DNA of 64,000 nt, taken from the NCBI GenBank assembly GCA_963735595.1, contig CAVTLK010000002.1:416001-480000 (forward strand), read 5' to 3'. Both the position numbers and the translations under genes were made by a program. The notes beneath the pieces were generated by a model. That model searched no databases. It was not told where the DNA came from and saw only the letters and a program-made list of their open reading frames with translations. Within the stretch, counting starts at the first letter, position 1; each line of letters opens with the position of its first letter. Source of the stretch: an uncultured delta proteobacterium. GTDB taxonomy: Bacteria > Desulfobacterota > Zymogenia > Zymogenales > Zymogenaceae. This document shows positions 1 through 14,029 of the stretch, in pieces.

Positions 1-1047
1 AAGGTGCAGGTCAAGGCCCAGGAGCTGGCCGAGGAGCGGATCCTCGATATCCTCCTGCCGCGTGGCAAGTCCGCCGCGCCTCCGGCTAATGGGTCCGACG
101 GCGAACAGGAGGGAGCGGAGAGCACGGGGAGCACCGAGGAGACGGCCGTTGCGGAGACCGAGTCCCAGAAGAATACCCGGGAAAAACTCAAGAAACTCCT
201 CCGGGAGGGAAAACTCAACGACCGGCTGGTGGAGCTTGAGACCAGGGAAAAGAATATCCCCATGGTGGAGATATTTTCGGGCTCCGGCATGGAGGAGATG
301 GACATCAACATCAAAGACATGTTCGGAAACCTCTTCCCCAAGCGGACGAAGCGCAAAAAGGTGAAGGTCTCCGAGGCCCTGGCGATCCTCGCCCAGGAGG
401 AGGCCCAGCGTCTCGTGGACATGGATAAGGTCGTCTCCGGTGCGGTGGAGCGTGTGGAGATATCGGGGATCATCTTTATCGACGAGATCGATAAGATCGC
501 CGGCCGGGAAACCTCCCACGGGCCGGACGTATCCCGAGAAGGGGTGCAGCGCGATATCTTGCCCATCGTCGAGGGGTCGAGCGTCAATACGAAATACGGC
601 ATCGTGAAGACCGATCATATCCTGTTTATCGCCGCGGGGGCTTTTCACGTCTCAAAACCCTCCGACCTGATACCCGAGCTCCAGGGGAGATTTCCGCTCA
701 GGGTAGAGCTTGAACCGCTTAACAAGGAACACTTCGTGCGAATCCTCACCGAGCCGAAGAACGCCCTCATTACCCAGTACCGGGCGCTCATGAAGACCGA
801 GTCGATCGACCTGGATTTCTCCGAGGACGCAATCCGGGAAATCGCGGAGATGGCGGCGCTGGTCAACAGCAGGAGCGAAAATATCGGGGCCCGGCGGCTG
901 CATACGATCATGGAGCGGCTGCTGGACGAGATATCGTTTACCGCACCGGAGCTTACGACCAAGGCCATCTCGATCGACAAAGGCTACGTCCAGGAGCGCC
1001 TCAAGGACGTCATCGAGGACCAGGACCTGAGCCGATTTGTCCTGTAA
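1..1047 (+). CDS. hslU: ATP-dependent protease ATPase subunit HslU (5'-truncated by window)
   Basis: [63 protein letters not shown] and C-terminal DLSRFVL are HslU signatures. Confidence 0.97.
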   Translation, partial: KVQVKAQELAEERILDILLPRGKSAAPPANGSDGEQEGAESTGSTEETAVAETESQKNTREKLKKLLREGKLNDRLVELETREKNIPMVEIFSGSGMEEMDINIKDMFGNLFPKRTKRKKVKVSEALAILAQEEAQRLVDMDKVVSGAVERVEISGIIFIDEIDKIAGRETSHGPDVSREGVQRDILPIVEGSSVNTKYGIVKTDHILFIAAGAFHVSKPSDLIPELQGRFPLRVELEPLNKEHFVRILTEPKNALITQYRALMKTESIDLDFSEDAIREIAEMAALVNSRSENIGARRLHTIMERLLDEISFTAPELTTKAISIDKGYVQERLKDVIEDQDLSRFVL

Positions 1048-1184
1048 TACCCGGACGGGCCGGCGGGCCGTGACGGCCCTCTCACACCAGCCAGGCATCG
1101 GGTGTGGCGGGCGGCTATACGACTACGGGGCCTGCGCAGGGCACGGGGGCCGCGTGGATAGATACACTCCGATTAACCATGTGA

Positions 1185-2140
<956 letters not shown>

Positions 2141-2235
2141 TCACCGGGGTGTCGATGGGATTCGGGCGGCGCGGACGACGAGCCTGCGCCTTCCGGTTAT
2201 TGCACGGTTTCCAAACCGACAAGAGATCACGTACG

Positions 2236-3434
2236 ATGAAACCGACCGATTACTCGCACCTGATGAACACCTACGCCCCCGTGCCCGTGGAACTGGTAAG
2301 GGGCCAGGGGGCATACGTCTGGGATTCTTCCGGCAACAGATACCTCGATTTTACCGCGGGCATCGCGGTAACGAACCTCGGCCACTGCCCGCCCCGGGTG
2401 GTCGACGCGATCAAAGAACAGGTGGAGACCCTCATTCACGTCTCCAACCTCTACCGGATCCCCGGGCAGGCCGAGCTCTCCCGGATGTTATGCGAGCACT
2501 CGTTTGCCGAGAAGGTCTTCTTCTGTAATTCCGGCACGGAGGCCATGGAGGCGGCCATCAAGCTGGCCCGGAGAAACGGGATTCAGAAGAAGGGTCCCGA
2601 CTGCCATCGTATCGTCACGTTTGAGGGCTCGTTTCACGGCCGGACCTTCGGCGCAATGACCGCCACCGGCCAAGGCAGAATCCATGACGGCTTCGGGCCG
2701 CTCGTTCCAGGTTTTCGTGCACGTCGCCTACGGCGATCTCTCGGCCGCCGCGTCGGCGGTCGACGAGCGGACCTGTGCGGTTATCGTCGAGCCGATCCAG
2801 GGGGAGAGCGGCGTTGTCGTCCCGCCTCCCGAGTTCCTCCCGGGCCTCCGGGAGATCTGCGACCGGAAGGGGTGTCTCCTCATCTTCGACGAGATCCAGA
2901 CCGGTATGGGCCGCTGCGGGACGCTGTTTGCCTACGAGAGGGCCGGGGTCGTGCCGGACGTCATGACGCTGGCGAAGGGCCTTGCCTCCGGCCTGCCGAT
3001 GGGGGCGTGTCTTGCCGGCCCGCGTGCGCCGAGGTTTTCACTCCCGGTTCCCACGCGTCCACCTTCGGCGGCAACCCGCTCGCGGTCGCGGCGGCGACGG
3101 CCACGCCTCAAAGCGACCATCGAGGACGGGGTGTGTGAAAATTGTCGGGAAGCGGGCAACTATTTTATGGAAAAACTTGAAAAACTTTCGGAAAAATATG
3201 ATAGTATTCGACAGGTGCGGGGAAGGGGACTCATGATCGGCGTAGAGGTGACCGGTAGACGGGAAGGAAATCGTCGAGCAGATGAGAGACAGGCGCATCC
3301 TCGTCAACCTCACCGCCGAGCGGGTCCTTCGCTTCATACCGCCGCTTATTATCGGGCGACCACCACGTGGACGAGGTAATCGCCGACACTGTCGGACGTC
3401 CTTTCCGGAGATTGCCAGGAGGAATGCACAGTGA
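2236..3434 (+). CDS. argD: Acetylornithine aminotransferase (frameshifted; end approximate)
   Basis: [62 protein letters not shown] and [11 protein letters not shown] across frames; lies in the arg operon. Confidence 0.92.
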
Positions 3435-4372
3435 CCAAGGACTTCCTGAGAATATCACACCTGACGCCGGACGAGGGGTGGGAGATAATCGAGCGGGCAA
3501 AGGACATCAAGACCCGCTATCTGAACCGGATCACCTATACTCCCATGAAGGGCAGGAGCCTCGCGATGATCTTCGAAAAGCCCTCCACCAGGACGCGGGT
3601 TTCGTTCGAGGTGGGGATCTACCAGCTTGGGGGGAATCGGGCTTTACCTGTCGGCGAACGATCTGCAGATCTCCCGGGGAGAGACGGTGGCCGACACCGC
3701 CCGGACGCTCTCGGGTTACGTCGATATGATCATGATCAGGGCGTTTTCCCAGGCCATGGTCGAGGAGCTGGCCCATTATGCGTCTATCCCGGTGATCAAC
3801 GGGCTCACGGACCTGCTTCATCCCTGCCAGGTGATGAGCGACGTATACACCGTCGCCGAGGGGCGGGGGGGCAGCCTCGAAGGACCTAACCGTTGTCTAC
3901 ATCGGCGACGGCAACAACCTGGCCAACTCGTGGATCAACGCGGCGGCGCTCTTCGGGTTCGGCCTCACGCTGGCCTGCCCGAAGGAGCTCATGCCCGATA
4001 GCAGAGATATTCAACACGGGCAAGAAGAAGCTCGGCGACAAGCTGCAGGTCGTCCACGACCCGTTCGAGGCAATGGAGGGGGCGGATATTATCTATACCG
4101 ATACATGGGTGAGCATGGGCCAGGACGCCGAAAGGAAGAAAAAGCTCGACCTCTTGAAGGGATATCAGGTCAACGATGAGCTGGTATCCGCGGCCCCGGC
4201 CGGCGTGAAGGTGATGCACTGCCTGCCCGCCCACCGGGGGGAGGAGATCACCGATGCCGTCATGGACGGTAAAAACTCCATCGTATTTCTGCAGGCGCAC
4301 AACCGCCTTCATGTTCAAAAAGCGATTATGGATATTCTGAGCGAAAGGATGGACAAAATCGGTGAAAAGTAA
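3431..4372 (+). CDS. argF: Ornithine carbamoyltransferase (frameshifted)
   Basis: [37 protein letters not shown] and [13 protein letters not shown]. Confidence 0.94.
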
Positions 4373-5570
4373 CGTAAAGAAAGTCGTGGTGGCCTATTCC
4401 GGGGGGCTGGATACCTCGGTTATTCTCAGCTGGATCAAAGAGAATTACGGCGCCGAGGTCATCGCCTATACGGCGGACGTGGGCCAGGGCGTCCAGGAAA
4501 CGGACGGCCTTACGGAAAAGGCAATCGCCACCGGAGCCGACAAGGTGTACGTGGAAGATCTCAAGGAAGAATTCGTGAAAGATTTCGTCTTTCCGATGCT
4601 CAGGGCGAACGCCATCTACGAGGGGACGTATCTCCTCGGCACGTCGATCGCCCGGCCCCTGATCGCCAAGCGCCAGATCGAGATCGCCCGAAAAGAGGGC
4701 GCCGACTCCGTCTGCCACGGCTGCACCGGCAAGGGCAACGACCAGGTACGTTTCGAGATCGCCTACCTCACGCTGGAGCCCCATATTAACATCATCTCCC
4801 CCTGGAGGGAATGGGAGTTCACCTCGCGCAAGTCGCTCATCGATTACGCCCGCGAGCGCAAAATCCCCATCACGGTGACGGCCGAGAAACCCTACAGCAC
4901 CGATCGCAACCTCTTTCATATGAGCTTCGAGGGAGGCATCCTCGAGGACCCCTGGGCGGCCCCCCCATCAGACATGTTCATGCTGAGCACGTCACCCCAG
5001 GATGCCCCGGATAGAGTCACCACCGTCGAAATTGAGTACGACCGGGGAAACCCGGTGGCGATCGGCGGCAAGAAGATGTCGGCCGCCGAGATACTGATCT
5101 ACCTCAATAAGGTCGGCGGAGAAAACGGAATCGGCAGGGTGGACATGGTGGAGAACCGCTACGTCGGCATCAAGTCCCGCGGGGTCTACGAAACCCCGGG
5201 CGGCACGATCCTCCATGCGGCCCACCGGGCGGTGGAATCGATCACCATGGACCGGGAGGTAATGTACCTCCGGGACGGGATGATCCCGGCCTATACCCGC
5301 ATGGTTTACTTCGGATACTGGTTTTCCCCGGAGCGCGAGATGCTCCAGAAGGCCATCGACGAGTCCCAGAAGAACGTCTCGGGCCACGTACGGCTCGATC
5401 TCTATAAAGGCAACGTCGTCGTCTCCGGCCGGAAATCGGACCAGACGCTCTATCACGGGGGATTTGCCACCTTTGATGAGGACGAGGTCTACTCCCAGCG
5501 GGACGCCACCGGCTTTATCCGGCTCAATGCCCTGAGGCTTCGAATCAAGGCCCTCATGGGCATCGAATGA
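4362..5570 (+). CDS. argG: Argininosuccinate synthase
   Basis: [35 protein letters not shown] and [12 protein letters not shown]; intact ORF. Confidence 0.98.
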   Translation: MKSNVKKVVVAYSGGLDTSVILSWIKENYGAEVIAYTADVGQGVQETDGLTEKAIATGADKVYVEDLKEEFVKDFVFPMLRANAIYEGTYLLGTSIARPLIAKRQIEIARKEGADSVCHGCTGKGNDQVRFEIAYLTLEPHINIISPWREWEFTSRKSLIDYARERKIPITVTAEKPYSTDRNLFHMSFEGGILEDPWAAPPSDMFMLSTSPQDAPDRVTTVEIEYDRGNPVAIGGKKMSAAEILIYLNKVGGENGIGRVDMVENRYVGIKSRGVYETPGGTILHAAHRAVESITMDREVMYLRDGMIPAYTRMVYFGYWFSPEREMLQKAIDESQKNVSGHVRLDLYKGNVVVSGRKSDQTLYHGGFATFDEDEVYSQRDATGFIRLNALRLRIKALMGIE

Positions 5571-5596
5571 CGACCGTATAGTAAGGACACGCCGTC

Positions 5597-6982
5597 ATGA
5601 AGAAACCGTGGGCAGGCAGGTTCAGGGCCACGACCGATAAAAGGGTCGAGGAGTTCACCGCCTCCGTCGCCTTTGACCGGCAGCTTGCAGCATACGACAT
5701 CGCCGGCAGCATCGCCCACGCGCGGACGCTGGCGCGGGCGGGGGTGCTGACGGCCGACGAGGCCGACCGCCTTGAGCGGACCCTCACCCAGATCGGCGCC
5801 GAGATCGAGGCCGGCACCTTTACGTTCCGGGACGACCTCGAAGACGTTCACATGAACATCGAGGACGCCCTGAGGCAGCGGCTGGGGGACCTGGGAGGCA
5901 AGCTCCATACGGGACGCAGCCGCAACGATCAGGTCTCGGTCGATACGAGGCTCTTTGTCAAAGAGAGGGCCGGGCGGGCAATGGACGGGCTCAAGCGGCT
6001 CAGACTGGTTATCCTGGATCGGGCCGAACAGCACATCGGCGCGGTCATGCCCGGATATACCCACCTCCAGCCGGCCCAGCCGGTGCTGCTGTCTCACTGG
6101 CTGTTGGCCTACTGGGAGATGTTTCACCGCGACGCCGCCCGGTTTCGGGCGGCCGGAAACGCCGCCGACGTATCCCCCCTGGGCTCCGGGGCCCTGGCCG
6201 GGGTGCCCTATCCCCTTGACCGGGATTATACGGCCGGCCTCCTGGGCCTTTCCGGCCCAACGGCAAACAGCATGGATGCGGTCTCGGATCGGGATTTTAT
6301 CCTCGATTTCCTCTTTGCCGCGGCGGTCACCATGATGCACCTCTCGCGGCTCTCGGAAGAGCTGGTCATCTTCTCGACGGCCGAGTTCGGCTACGTTATC
6401 CTCCCGGACGGATACGCCACCGGATCGTCGATCATGCCGCAGAAAAAGAATCCGGATACCGCTGAGCTCGTCAGGGGAAAGAGCGGCCGGGTTTACGGCG
6501 ACCTGATCTCTCTCCTGGTCACGATGAAGGGGCTCCCGATGACCTACAACCGGGACCTCCAGGAAGATAAGGAACCGTTGTTTGACGCCGCGCGGACGGT
6601 AATCGATTGTCTCGGCGTTACCGCGGGGATGCTGGCCGAGATCACGTTTGACACCGACCGGATGAACCGGGCGCTTGCGAAGGGATTTGTCACCGCAACG
6701 GACTGTGCCGACTATCTGGTCGGCAGGGGGATGAACTTCAGGGAAGCCCACGAGACGGTTGGGCGGATTGTGGCGCAACTCGAAAAAGAGGGAAAGGGAT
6801 TTGAGAGCCTTTCCCCGGAGCGTCTCAGGGAATTCTCGGCGCTGTTTGACCGGGACGTCATCCAAATCCTCACGGTCGATTCGTCGGTTCAGGCCCGGTC
6901 CGTCTTCGGCGGGACCGCGCCCAGCCGGGTGGCCGAGATGATCGAGCGCGCAACGGCCGTCGAAAAAGAGGATACGCCATAG
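5597..6982 (+). CDS. argH: Argininosuccinate lyase
   Basis: KLHTGRSRNDQV, MPGYTHLQPAQP, GSSIMPQKKNPD and YNRDLQEDKE. Confidence 0.98.
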   Translation: MKKPWAGRFRATTDKRVEEFTASVAFDRQLAAYDIAGSIAHARTLARAGVLTADEADRLERTLTQIGAEIEAGTFTFRDDLEDVHMNIEDALRQRLGDLGGKLHTGRSRNDQVSVDTRLFVKERAGRAMDGLKRLRLVILDRAEQHIGAVMPGYTHLQPAQPVLLSHWLLAYWEMFHRDAARFRAAGNAADVSPLGSGALAGVPYPLDRDYTAGLLGLSGPTANSMDAVSDRDFILDFLFAAAVTMMHLSRLSEELVIFSTAEFGYVILPDGYATGSSIMPQKKNPDTAELVRGKSGRVYGDLISLLVTMKGLPMTYNRDLQEDKEPLFDAARTVIDCLGVTAGMLAEITFDTDRMNRALAKGFVTATDCADYLVGRGMNFREAHETVGRIVAQLEKEGKGFESLSPERLREFSALFDRDVIQILTVDSSVQARSVFGGTAPSRVAEMIERATAVEKEDTP

Positions 6983-7055
6983 CCGAAAGAGGGGCCGCTG
7001 CCTGACCGGGTGGACGGCCGGCCCGATAGTCGATATTGATAGCTATTCAAGACAG

Positions 7056-7523
7056 GTGATTACCATGAAAAAAAGTGTCTTGCTGCTTTTCATAACGGCC
7101 CTCTTCCTTGCGTCCTGCGGGCTCAAGGCCCCCCCCCTTCCCCCGGAAGCGGTGGTCCCCGAGCGGATAGAAGACCTGAAGGTAAAGATGATCGAGGGCG
7201 GCGTCACCCTTAAATGGACCGTTCCGACGACCAACACGGACGGCACGGCGCTGACCGACCTCGTGGGCTTCAAGGTCCTCAGGAAAGACGTTCCCGACGA
7301 AGACGTGGACTGTCCCCCCTGTACGGGTGAGTTCAACGAGATCGCCGACTTTACCGTTTTGGTCCCGGGAAAGGCGGTCATTTCCGAAGGAGCCGTGCTC
7401 TTTTCCGACACGTCCCTGTCGCCGTTTGTCAAGTATACCTACGTCGTGATCTCCTACAACTCGGCCGGAAACTTCAGCAGGACCTCGAATGACATGACTG
7501 TCTCGCTGACGAGGGTCAAGTGA
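7056..7523 (+). CDS. Lipoprotein (lipobox LASC followed by GLKAPPLPP; fibronectin-III-like beta domain)
   Basis: Signal peptide ending LASC; CGxKxPPLPP motif; position between argH and lysA; CxxC. Confidence 0.75.
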   Translation: MITMKKSVLLLFITALFLASCGLKAPPLPPEAVVPERIEDLKVKMIEGGVTLKWTVPTTNTDGTALTDLVGFKVLRKDVPDEDVDCPPCTGEFNEIADFTVLVPGKAVISEGAVLFSDTSLSPFVKYTYVVISYNSAGNFSRTSNDMTVSLTRVK

Positions 7524-8762
7524 ATTTCTTCACCTATCGCGGCGACGAGCTGGCGGCCGAGGATATCCCGTTAACGGAGCTTGCGCGGGAGGTAGGCACT
7601 CCCGCGTATATCTACAGCAAAAAGACCCTAGCCCACCACTTTCGGGTCTTCGATGACGCGTTCGGAGGGCTACCCCACCTGATCTGTTTTGCCATGAAGG
7701 CCAATTCGAACCTCTCGATCCTCAAGCTCTTCATCTCCATGGGGGCGGGGGTGGATATCGTTTCGGGTGGAGAGCTTTTTCGGGCGCTCACGGCGGGCGT
7801 CGATCCCGGAAAGGTCGTCTACTCGGGGGTCGGGAAGACCCACGAGGAGATCAGGCAGGCGCTGGCGGCAGATATCCTGATGTTTAACGTGGAGTCGTTC
7901 CAGGAGCTGGGAGTTATCGACGAGATCGCCCGGGGGATGAACAGGACGGCCAGGATCTCCGTCAGGGTAAACCCCGACGTCGACCCCAAGACCCACCCGA
8001 AGATATCAACGGGCCTCAAAATCAATAAATTCGGCATAGACATCAAAAAGGTAGTCTCGGACTATGAAGAGGCGCAGCGCCTCAAAAACATCGAGGTCGT
8101 CGGCGTCGATTGTCACATCGGCTCCCAGGTAACGGAGCTGGGCCCGTTTATCGATGCCCTCGGTAAGCTCAAGGAGCTGGTCGTGACCCTCAGGGAGCGC
8201 GGCTTTTCCATCAGGTATCTCGATTTCGGCGGGGGGCTCGGGATCACCTACAAGAACGAGGAGCCGCCCGATCCCTCGTCGTACGGACGGGCGATTGATG
8301 AGATCGCCGGTGACCTTGGGGTGACCTTCGTGTTGGAGCCGGGCAGGGTGCTGGTCGGAAACGCAGGCATCCTTTTGACCCGGGTGCTCTATACTAAAGA
8401 GGCCGAAAAGAATTTCGTTATCGTGGACGCCGGTATGAACGACCTGGCCCGGCCCGCGGTCTATGATTCGTACCATGAGGTGGTGCCGGTCATCAGGCGC
8501 GAGGGAGATGCCGTACAGGTGGACGTCGTGGGGCCCATCTGCGAATCAACGGATTATCTGGCCAAGGATCGACGCCTCGCGGGCATCGAGCGTGGCGACC
8601 TTCTGGCCGTAATGAGTGCGGGGGCCTACAGTTTCTCGATGTCCTCCAACTACAACTCCCGCCCACGGGCGGCCGAAGTGATGGTGGACGGATCGTCATA
8701 TCGAGATCATCCGGCAGCGGGAGCGGTACGAGGACCTGATCCGCGGCGAGACTACGGCCTGA
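7520..8762 (+). CDS. lysA: Diaminopimelate decarboxylase (C-terminal frameshift near 8700)
   Basis: FAMKANSN, DIVSGGEL, HIGSQ, EPGRVLV, VVGPICESTD and GAYSFSMSSNYNSRPR; the natural end IIRQRERYEDLIRGE is in the shifted frame. Confidence 0.96.
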
Positions 8763-8826
8763 TTATATTTACTGTACGACGAAACCGGGGCAGAAAACCT
8801 GTGTCAAAAGACACAGAGGATGACGT

Positions 8827-9657
8827 ATGAAGGAAATTGAATTCTATAAGATGTCCGGGGCGGGCAATGACTTCATCCTCGTGGATAACCGGACCGGAGT
8901 CTTCGATTTCCCGGACGTGGGATCGGCCGTCCGCAGGCTATGCCGCCGAGGGATGTCGGTTGGGGCAGACGGCCTTATCCTCATTGAAAAGCCTGATCGC
9001 GAGGGGATCGATTTTCGGTGGCGTTTCTTCAACGCCGACGGGTCGGACGCCTCCATGTGCGGCAACGGGGCACGCTGCGCCGCGCGCCTCTCGTTTCTGC
9101 TGGGCATATCGGGCGGCTCCGTCTCGTTTCTTACGGGGGCGGGGATCGTGCGGGGTCGGGTGGATGATTCGGGGCGGGTCGAAATCGGGATGACCGACCC
9201 CGGTCCCGCTTCCCTGGACCGGGAGATGGTTGTTAACGGCGCGGCGATCGCGTACGACTTTATCGATACGGGTGTGCCGCACGCCGTTATCACGGTCAAC
9301 GACGTGAAGCTGTTCGACCTACAGTGCCTGGGGCCGAAGATTCGCCGTCACGAGGCATTCGCCCCGGACGGCACAAACGTAAACGTCATAGACATTTCGG
9401 ATAACGGCATAATCCGAATACGGACGTACGAGCGAGGGGTTGAAGCCGAGACGATGGCCTGCGGGACGGGGGCGGTGGCGGCGGCGGTGACCGCCTCTTT
9501 AAGAAAGAGCGTCATTCCTCCCGTGACCCTTGTGCCGCCTTCGGGCGCGGCGCTCGTCGTTCGATTTCGACAGACGCCGGCCGTCACCGATGTCACGCTG
9601 GAAGGCGACGCCCGGCTGATATATCGAGGAACGTTGAATCCTGAGGCATTGGATTAG
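8827..9657 (+). CDS. dapF: Diaminopimelate epimerase
   Basis: FYKMSGAGNDF, MCGNGARC, DTGVPH and RTYERGVEAETMACGTG. Confidence 0.97.
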   Translation: MKEIEFYKMSGAGNDFILVDNRTGVFDFPDVGSAVRRLCRRGMSVGADGLILIEKPDREGIDFRWRFFNADGSDASMCGNGARCAARLSFLLGISGGSVSFLTGAGIVRGRVDDSGRVEIGMTDPGPASLDREMVVNGAAIAYDFIDTGVPHAVITVNDVKLFDLQCLGPKIRRHEAFAPDGTNVNVIDISDNGIIRIRTYERGVEAETMACGTGAVAAAVTASLRKSVIPPVTLVPPSGAALVVRFRQTPAVTDVTLEGDARLIYRGTLNPEALD

Positions 9658-9669
9658 TGGAGTAGAGAC

Positions 9670-10542
9670 ATGTTTACCGGAGCCTTTACCGCCCTGGTGA
9701 CCCCCTTCAAGAAGGGGGCCGTCGATTACGATGCGCTGGCCGACTTGGTCGAATTCCAGATTACCGAGGGGATATCGGGGCTGGTGCCCTGCGGGACGAC
9801 CGGTGAATCGTCTACGCTCTCCCACGAAGAGCACCACCGGGTCGTGGAGTTCGTCGTCAAACAGGCGCGTGGGAGAGTGCCGGTCATCGCGGGAGCCGGG
9901 TCCAACTGCACGGCGGAGGCCGTGAGCCTTGCCGCCCACGCCAAACAGGCGGGCGCGGACGCCGCGCTCCTCATCACTCCCTACTATAATAAACCGACCC
10001 AGGAGGGGTTATTCCTCCACTTTGCAGAGGTGGCCCGCCAGGTAAAGATCCCCATTATCCTCTATAACGTCCCGGGCAGGACCAGCGTAAACATGCTGCC
10101 GCAGACCGTTGCGCGGCTTTCAACCATAGGCAACATCATCGGGATTAAGGAGGCCACGGGGGACCTCCGACAGATATCCGATATCATTGAGTTGGTCGGC
10201 GACGATTTTGTTATCCTTTCCGGGGACGATTTCACGACGCTGCCGATCCTCTCGGTGGGCGGCAAGGGGGTTATCTCCGTTCATTCCAACGTGGCCCCCA
10301 GGGACGTTACCGAGATGGTGACCGCCTATCTTACCGGAGACCGGGCGCGTTCAGCGAAGCTCCATTACCGGTTGCTGCCGCTGGCCCGCGCGATGTTCAT
10401 CGAGACCAGCCCCGTTCCCGCCAAGGCGGCGCTCGCGCTGATGAAGAAGATGGAGCCGGACGTGCGGCTTCCGCTGGCTCCCCTGTCGGAGGGGGGCATG
10501 GTTATCCTCAAGAAGGTGCTGAAGGACTACGGGTTACTATAG
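9670..10542 (+). CDS. dapA: 4-hydroxy-tetrahydrodipicolinate synthase
   Basis: TALVTPF, GTTGES, PYYNKPTQEG, LYNVPGRT, GIKEATG and LSGDD. Confidence 0.97.
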   Translation: MFTGAFTALVTPFKKGAVDYDALADLVEFQITEGISGLVPCGTTGESSTLSHEEHHRVVEFVVKQARGRVPVIAGAGSNCTAEAVSLAAHAKQAGADAALLITPYYNKPTQEGLFLHFAEVARQVKIPIILYNVPGRTSVNMLPQTVARLSTIGNIIGIKEATGDLRQISDIIELVGDDFVILSGDDFTTLPILSVGGKGVISVHSNVAPRDVTEMVTAYLTGDRARSAKLHYRLLPLARAMFIETSPVPAKAALALMKKMEPDVRLPLAPLSEGGMVILKKVLKDYGLL

Positions 10543-10836
10543 ACGGCCGGGAGACCGAGGCGTCCCCAGAACCGACGGCATGGCGGGGACAATCCGGGGG
10601 CGCGCACCTCGGGGAACGGCCGCACTGTCAACCGATAAAGAGCACGCACCGGTAAAGAAGCGCAGCACGGACGCAGTACCGTCCGAACCGGCTCCCTACC
10701 GTCGGAGCTTGCCCGTCACCTCGCCAAGGCCGCCCGGCCGTTATCCATGAGGCCCTTTTTCGGTATATTTTTTTGTCCTCATCGGGTATACTAATACCAG
10801 CACTATCTACTTTCATCTTCAAAGGAGAATACGGGA

Positions 10837-12666
10837 ATGCCCGCCGAGAATATCGGGAAGAAATTCTCACCCTGGTATATCGTCCTGATCATCGCCGTCG
10901 TCTATTTGGCCGCCACTTTACTGATGCAGCCCGGCACGAAGGAGATTACCTACAGCGAGTTCCGTCGATACGTGGCCGAGAAACGGGTAAAGGACATCAC
11001 GATATCCGACACCGAAATCGCCGGCACGCTCATTACCGGCAACAAGAAGAAACCGCAGGAAACGCCGTTCGTCACCATCAAGGTCGACGATCCCGACCTG
11101 GTGAAGCTCCTCAACGACAATAAGATCACGTATGCCGGCAAGGCCCAGAACACCCTCCTGCTGCAGATCCTCCTCTGGGTTCCGCTCTTCATCATCCTCG
11201 GGGTCTTCTGGTTCTATCTCATGCGAAGGTCGGGCAGGGGCCCGGACTTCATGTCGGTGGGACGATCCAAGGCCAAGATATATTCCGAGGACCAGGTAAA
11301 GATCAATTTTAAGGACGTGGCCGGAGTGGACGAGGCGATCGAGGAGCTGAGCGAGGTCATTGAGTTTCTCAAGAACCCGGAAAGGTTTCAGCGCCTCGGG
11401 GGCAAGATACCCAAGGGTATCCTCCTGGTCGGCTCTCCCGGAACCGGCAAGACACTGCTTGCCCGGGCGGTGGCGGGCGAGGCGGGCGTGCCGTTCTTTT
11501 CCATCTCCGGCTCCGAGTTCGTGGAGATGTTCGTGGGGGTGGGCGCCGCCCGGGTGCGCGACCTCTTCTCCCAGGCCCAGCTCAAGGCCCCCTGCATTAT
11601 CTTCATCGACGAGCTGGACGCGCTCGGCAAAGCGCGGGGTCTCAACCCCGCCGGCGGCCACGACGAGCGGGAACAGACGCTCAACCAGCTCCTGGTCGAA
11701 ATGGACGGGTTCGACGCCCGTAAGGGGCTTATCCTCGTGGCCGCCACCAACCGCCCGGAGATACTCGATCCGGCGCTCCTGCGCCCCGGCCGCTTTGACC
11801 GCCACGTGCTGGTGGACAAGCCCGACAAGAAGGGCCGGCTGGACATCCTGACGATCCACTGCAAGGACCTCGTCCTGGCCAAAGAGATGGACCTCGAGAA
11901 GATCGCGGCCAAGACCCCCGGCTTTGTCGGGGCCGATCTGGCCAATATCGCCAACGAGGCGGCGCTGCTGGCGGCGCGTCGCGGCAAGGACGCCGTCGAT
12001 CAGGAGGACTTCGATGAGGCCATCGAGCGGATCGTGGCCGGCCTTGAAAAGAAAAACCGGCTCATGAAGCAGGAGGAGAAGGAGCGGGTCGCGTACCACG
12101 AGGTGGGGCACGCCATCGTCGCCTCGATGCTTCCGGGCGCCGACCCGGTGGAGAAGATATCCATTGTACCACGCGGGATCACCGCCCTCGGCTATACGCT
12201 GCAGCCGCCGACGGAAGACCGGTACCTCATGACGGTGACGGAGCTGAAGGGGAAGCTCGCGATGCTCCTGGGCGGACGGGCCGCCGAGGAAATCGTATTT
12301 TCCGAGGCTTCTACCGGGGCCCACAACGACCTCATGAAGATGACCGACATCGCCCGGAGAATGGTCAAGGAATACGGGATGAGCGAAAAGATCGGGTTGG
12401 TGACCCTTGACCGCGGCCCGACCGGATACCTGGGCGTGGATATGGAGGCGCCTCCCGACTACAGCGACGATACCTCCCGGGAGATCGACAGCGAGATCAA
12501 GCGGATGGTTGACGAGGCCCATAAGATCGCCACTTCCATCCTGACCAGGGAGATCGACCGGCTGCACGGGATGGCCCGACGTCTTCTCGAAGTGGAAGTG
12601 CTGGAGGGGGACGAACTGAAACGGCTACTTGGGAAAGAACTTAAAACCGAAACCGCACCGGCGTAG
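10837..12666 (+). CDS. ftsH: ATP-dependent zinc metalloprotease FtsH
   Basis: Two N-terminal TM segments, AAA Walker [26 protein letters not shown] and the HEVGH zinc motif. Confidence 0.97.
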   Translation: MPAENIGKKFSPWYIVLIIAVVYLAATLLMQPGTKEITYSEFRRYVAEKRVKDITISDTEIAGTLITGNKKKPQETPFVTIKVDDPDLVKLLNDNKITYAGKAQNTLLLQILLWVPLFIILGVFWFYLMRRSGRGPDFMSVGRSKAKIYSEDQVKINFKDVAGVDEAIEELSEVIEFLKNPERFQRLGGKIPKGILLVGSPGTGKTLLARAVAGEAGVPFFSISGSEFVEMFVGVGAARVRDLFSQAQLKAPCIIFIDELDALGKARGLNPAGGHDEREQTLNQLLVEMDGFDARKGLILVAATNRPEILDPALLRPGRFDRHVLVDKPDKKGRLDILTIHCKDLVLAKEMDLEKIAAKTPGFVGADLANIANEAALLAARRGKDAVDQEDFDEAIERIVAGLEKKNRLMKQEEKERVAYHEVGHAIVASMLPGADPVEKISIVPRGITALGYTLQPPTEDRYLMTVTELKGKLAMLLGGRAAEEIVFSEASTGAHNDLMKMTDIARRMVKEYGMSEKIGLVTLDRGPTGYLGVDMEAPPDYSDDTSREIDSEIKRMVDEAHKIATSILTREIDRLHGMARRLLEVEVLEGDELKRLLGKELKTETAPA

Positions 12667-12728
12667 ACGCCGACGCGGGGGCGGTGAGCCAAGGGGCGGA
12701 GACAGCCGCCCCTTTTTATGTGAGCGCA

Positions 12729-14008
12729 ATGGAGTTTAATCTTACGATACAGGGACTTGCCGCGGGCGGCTGGGGGGTGGGACGCCACGACGGCAAGGTC
12801 CTCTTTGTCCCCCTCACCGCACCTGGAGACGTCATCCGGTGCGCGGTTGCCGAGGATCGGGGGCGTTTTGCCTTCGGAACGCTCGTGGAGCTGCTTTCTC
12901 CTTCACCGGCGCGGGTTGCGGCGGCCTGCCCGGTCTTCGGGCGGTGCGGCGGCTGCCAGTGGCAGCACATCGGCTACGAGCGGCAGCTTGAGGCAAAGCG
13001 GGATATCCTTGCCGATGCCCTGGAGAGGATCGGGCATCAAAAAGAGGCGGCGGTTTCCGCCGCGGTCGGCTCGCCTCGGCCGTACGGATGGCGGGCCGCG
13101 GTCGATCTGGCGTTCGATACCGGCGGCGCGGATGTACGGCTTGGTTTTTATGCCCCGCGCGGATCGGAGATCGTCCCGATTACGGGATGTCCCGTTGCCG
13201 CCGACGAGATCAATGCGCGGATCGCGCGCCTTGCCGAGGCGATCGCGGCCGCTCGCATCGGGAAGGCCGGGGAGATCAGGCTCGTGGCCGGTATCGACAA
13301 CCGGGTCGCGGGCAACCTCATACTGAAAAGATCGGCGACCGAGAGCCGTCGTCAGGCCGAGCGGCTGTGCGGGGAGGCGGGGCTTTCGGGTCTCGAGGTT
13401 ACGACGCCGCGTGGTTGCTGGTCAGTCGGGGACCCGGTCGTCACCTATCCCGGCTGGGACGGGACCGGGCAGGCAAGTCTCTTCTGCCGGGCCTCCGGAT
13501 TTGTCCAGGCAAATCCCGATGTTAACCGTGAGCTGATCAACCGCCTCATTTCATTTGACATCGCCGGCAAAGACGTCCTCGAACTATACTGCGGGATCGG
13601 CAACCTGACCGTCCCGATGGCCGCGGCGCGCGCACTGGTGACCGGCGTGGAGGCGTCCCGGACGTCCGTGGAGGACGCCGGGAAGACCGTGGAGGCGATG
13701 GGGCTTACCGACGTTAAATTCATGACCGGGAAGGTGAACGCTGTCCTCTCGGAACCGGTCGATCAGTCAGATGAGAGTGGGACGTGATCGTCCTCGATCC
13801 GCCCCGTACGGGCGCGCGGGCGGTCGTGGAGCGGATATCGGATTTCACGGTCGACGAGATCATCTATATCTCCTGCTCGCCCCCGACGCTGGCGCGGGAC
13901 CTCTCGGTCCTGACAGAGCAGGGCTGGCGGCTCGTTTCGGCCGTACCGCTGGATATGTTCCCCCAGACGTTTCACGTAGAGACGCTCTGCCGGTTGAAAA
14001 GGGTATAG
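12729..14008 (+). CDS. rlmD: 23S rRNA m5U methyltransferase, RlmD family, TRAM domain (frameshift near 13770)
   Basis: CPVFGRCGGCQWQH, GFVQAN, ELYCGIGNL, LDPPRTG, YISCSPPTLARD and DMFPQTFHVE. Confidence 0.88.
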
Positions 14009-14029
14009 GTCGGCGGGTCGGCAGCTTAC

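Noticed and set aside
10918..12567. Long antisense ORFs (e.g. 549 aa opposite ftsH, 458 aa opposite argH, 382 aa opposite the aminotransferase)
   Set aside because: These are shadow ORFs expected from high-GC codon bias; they have no recognisable motifs.
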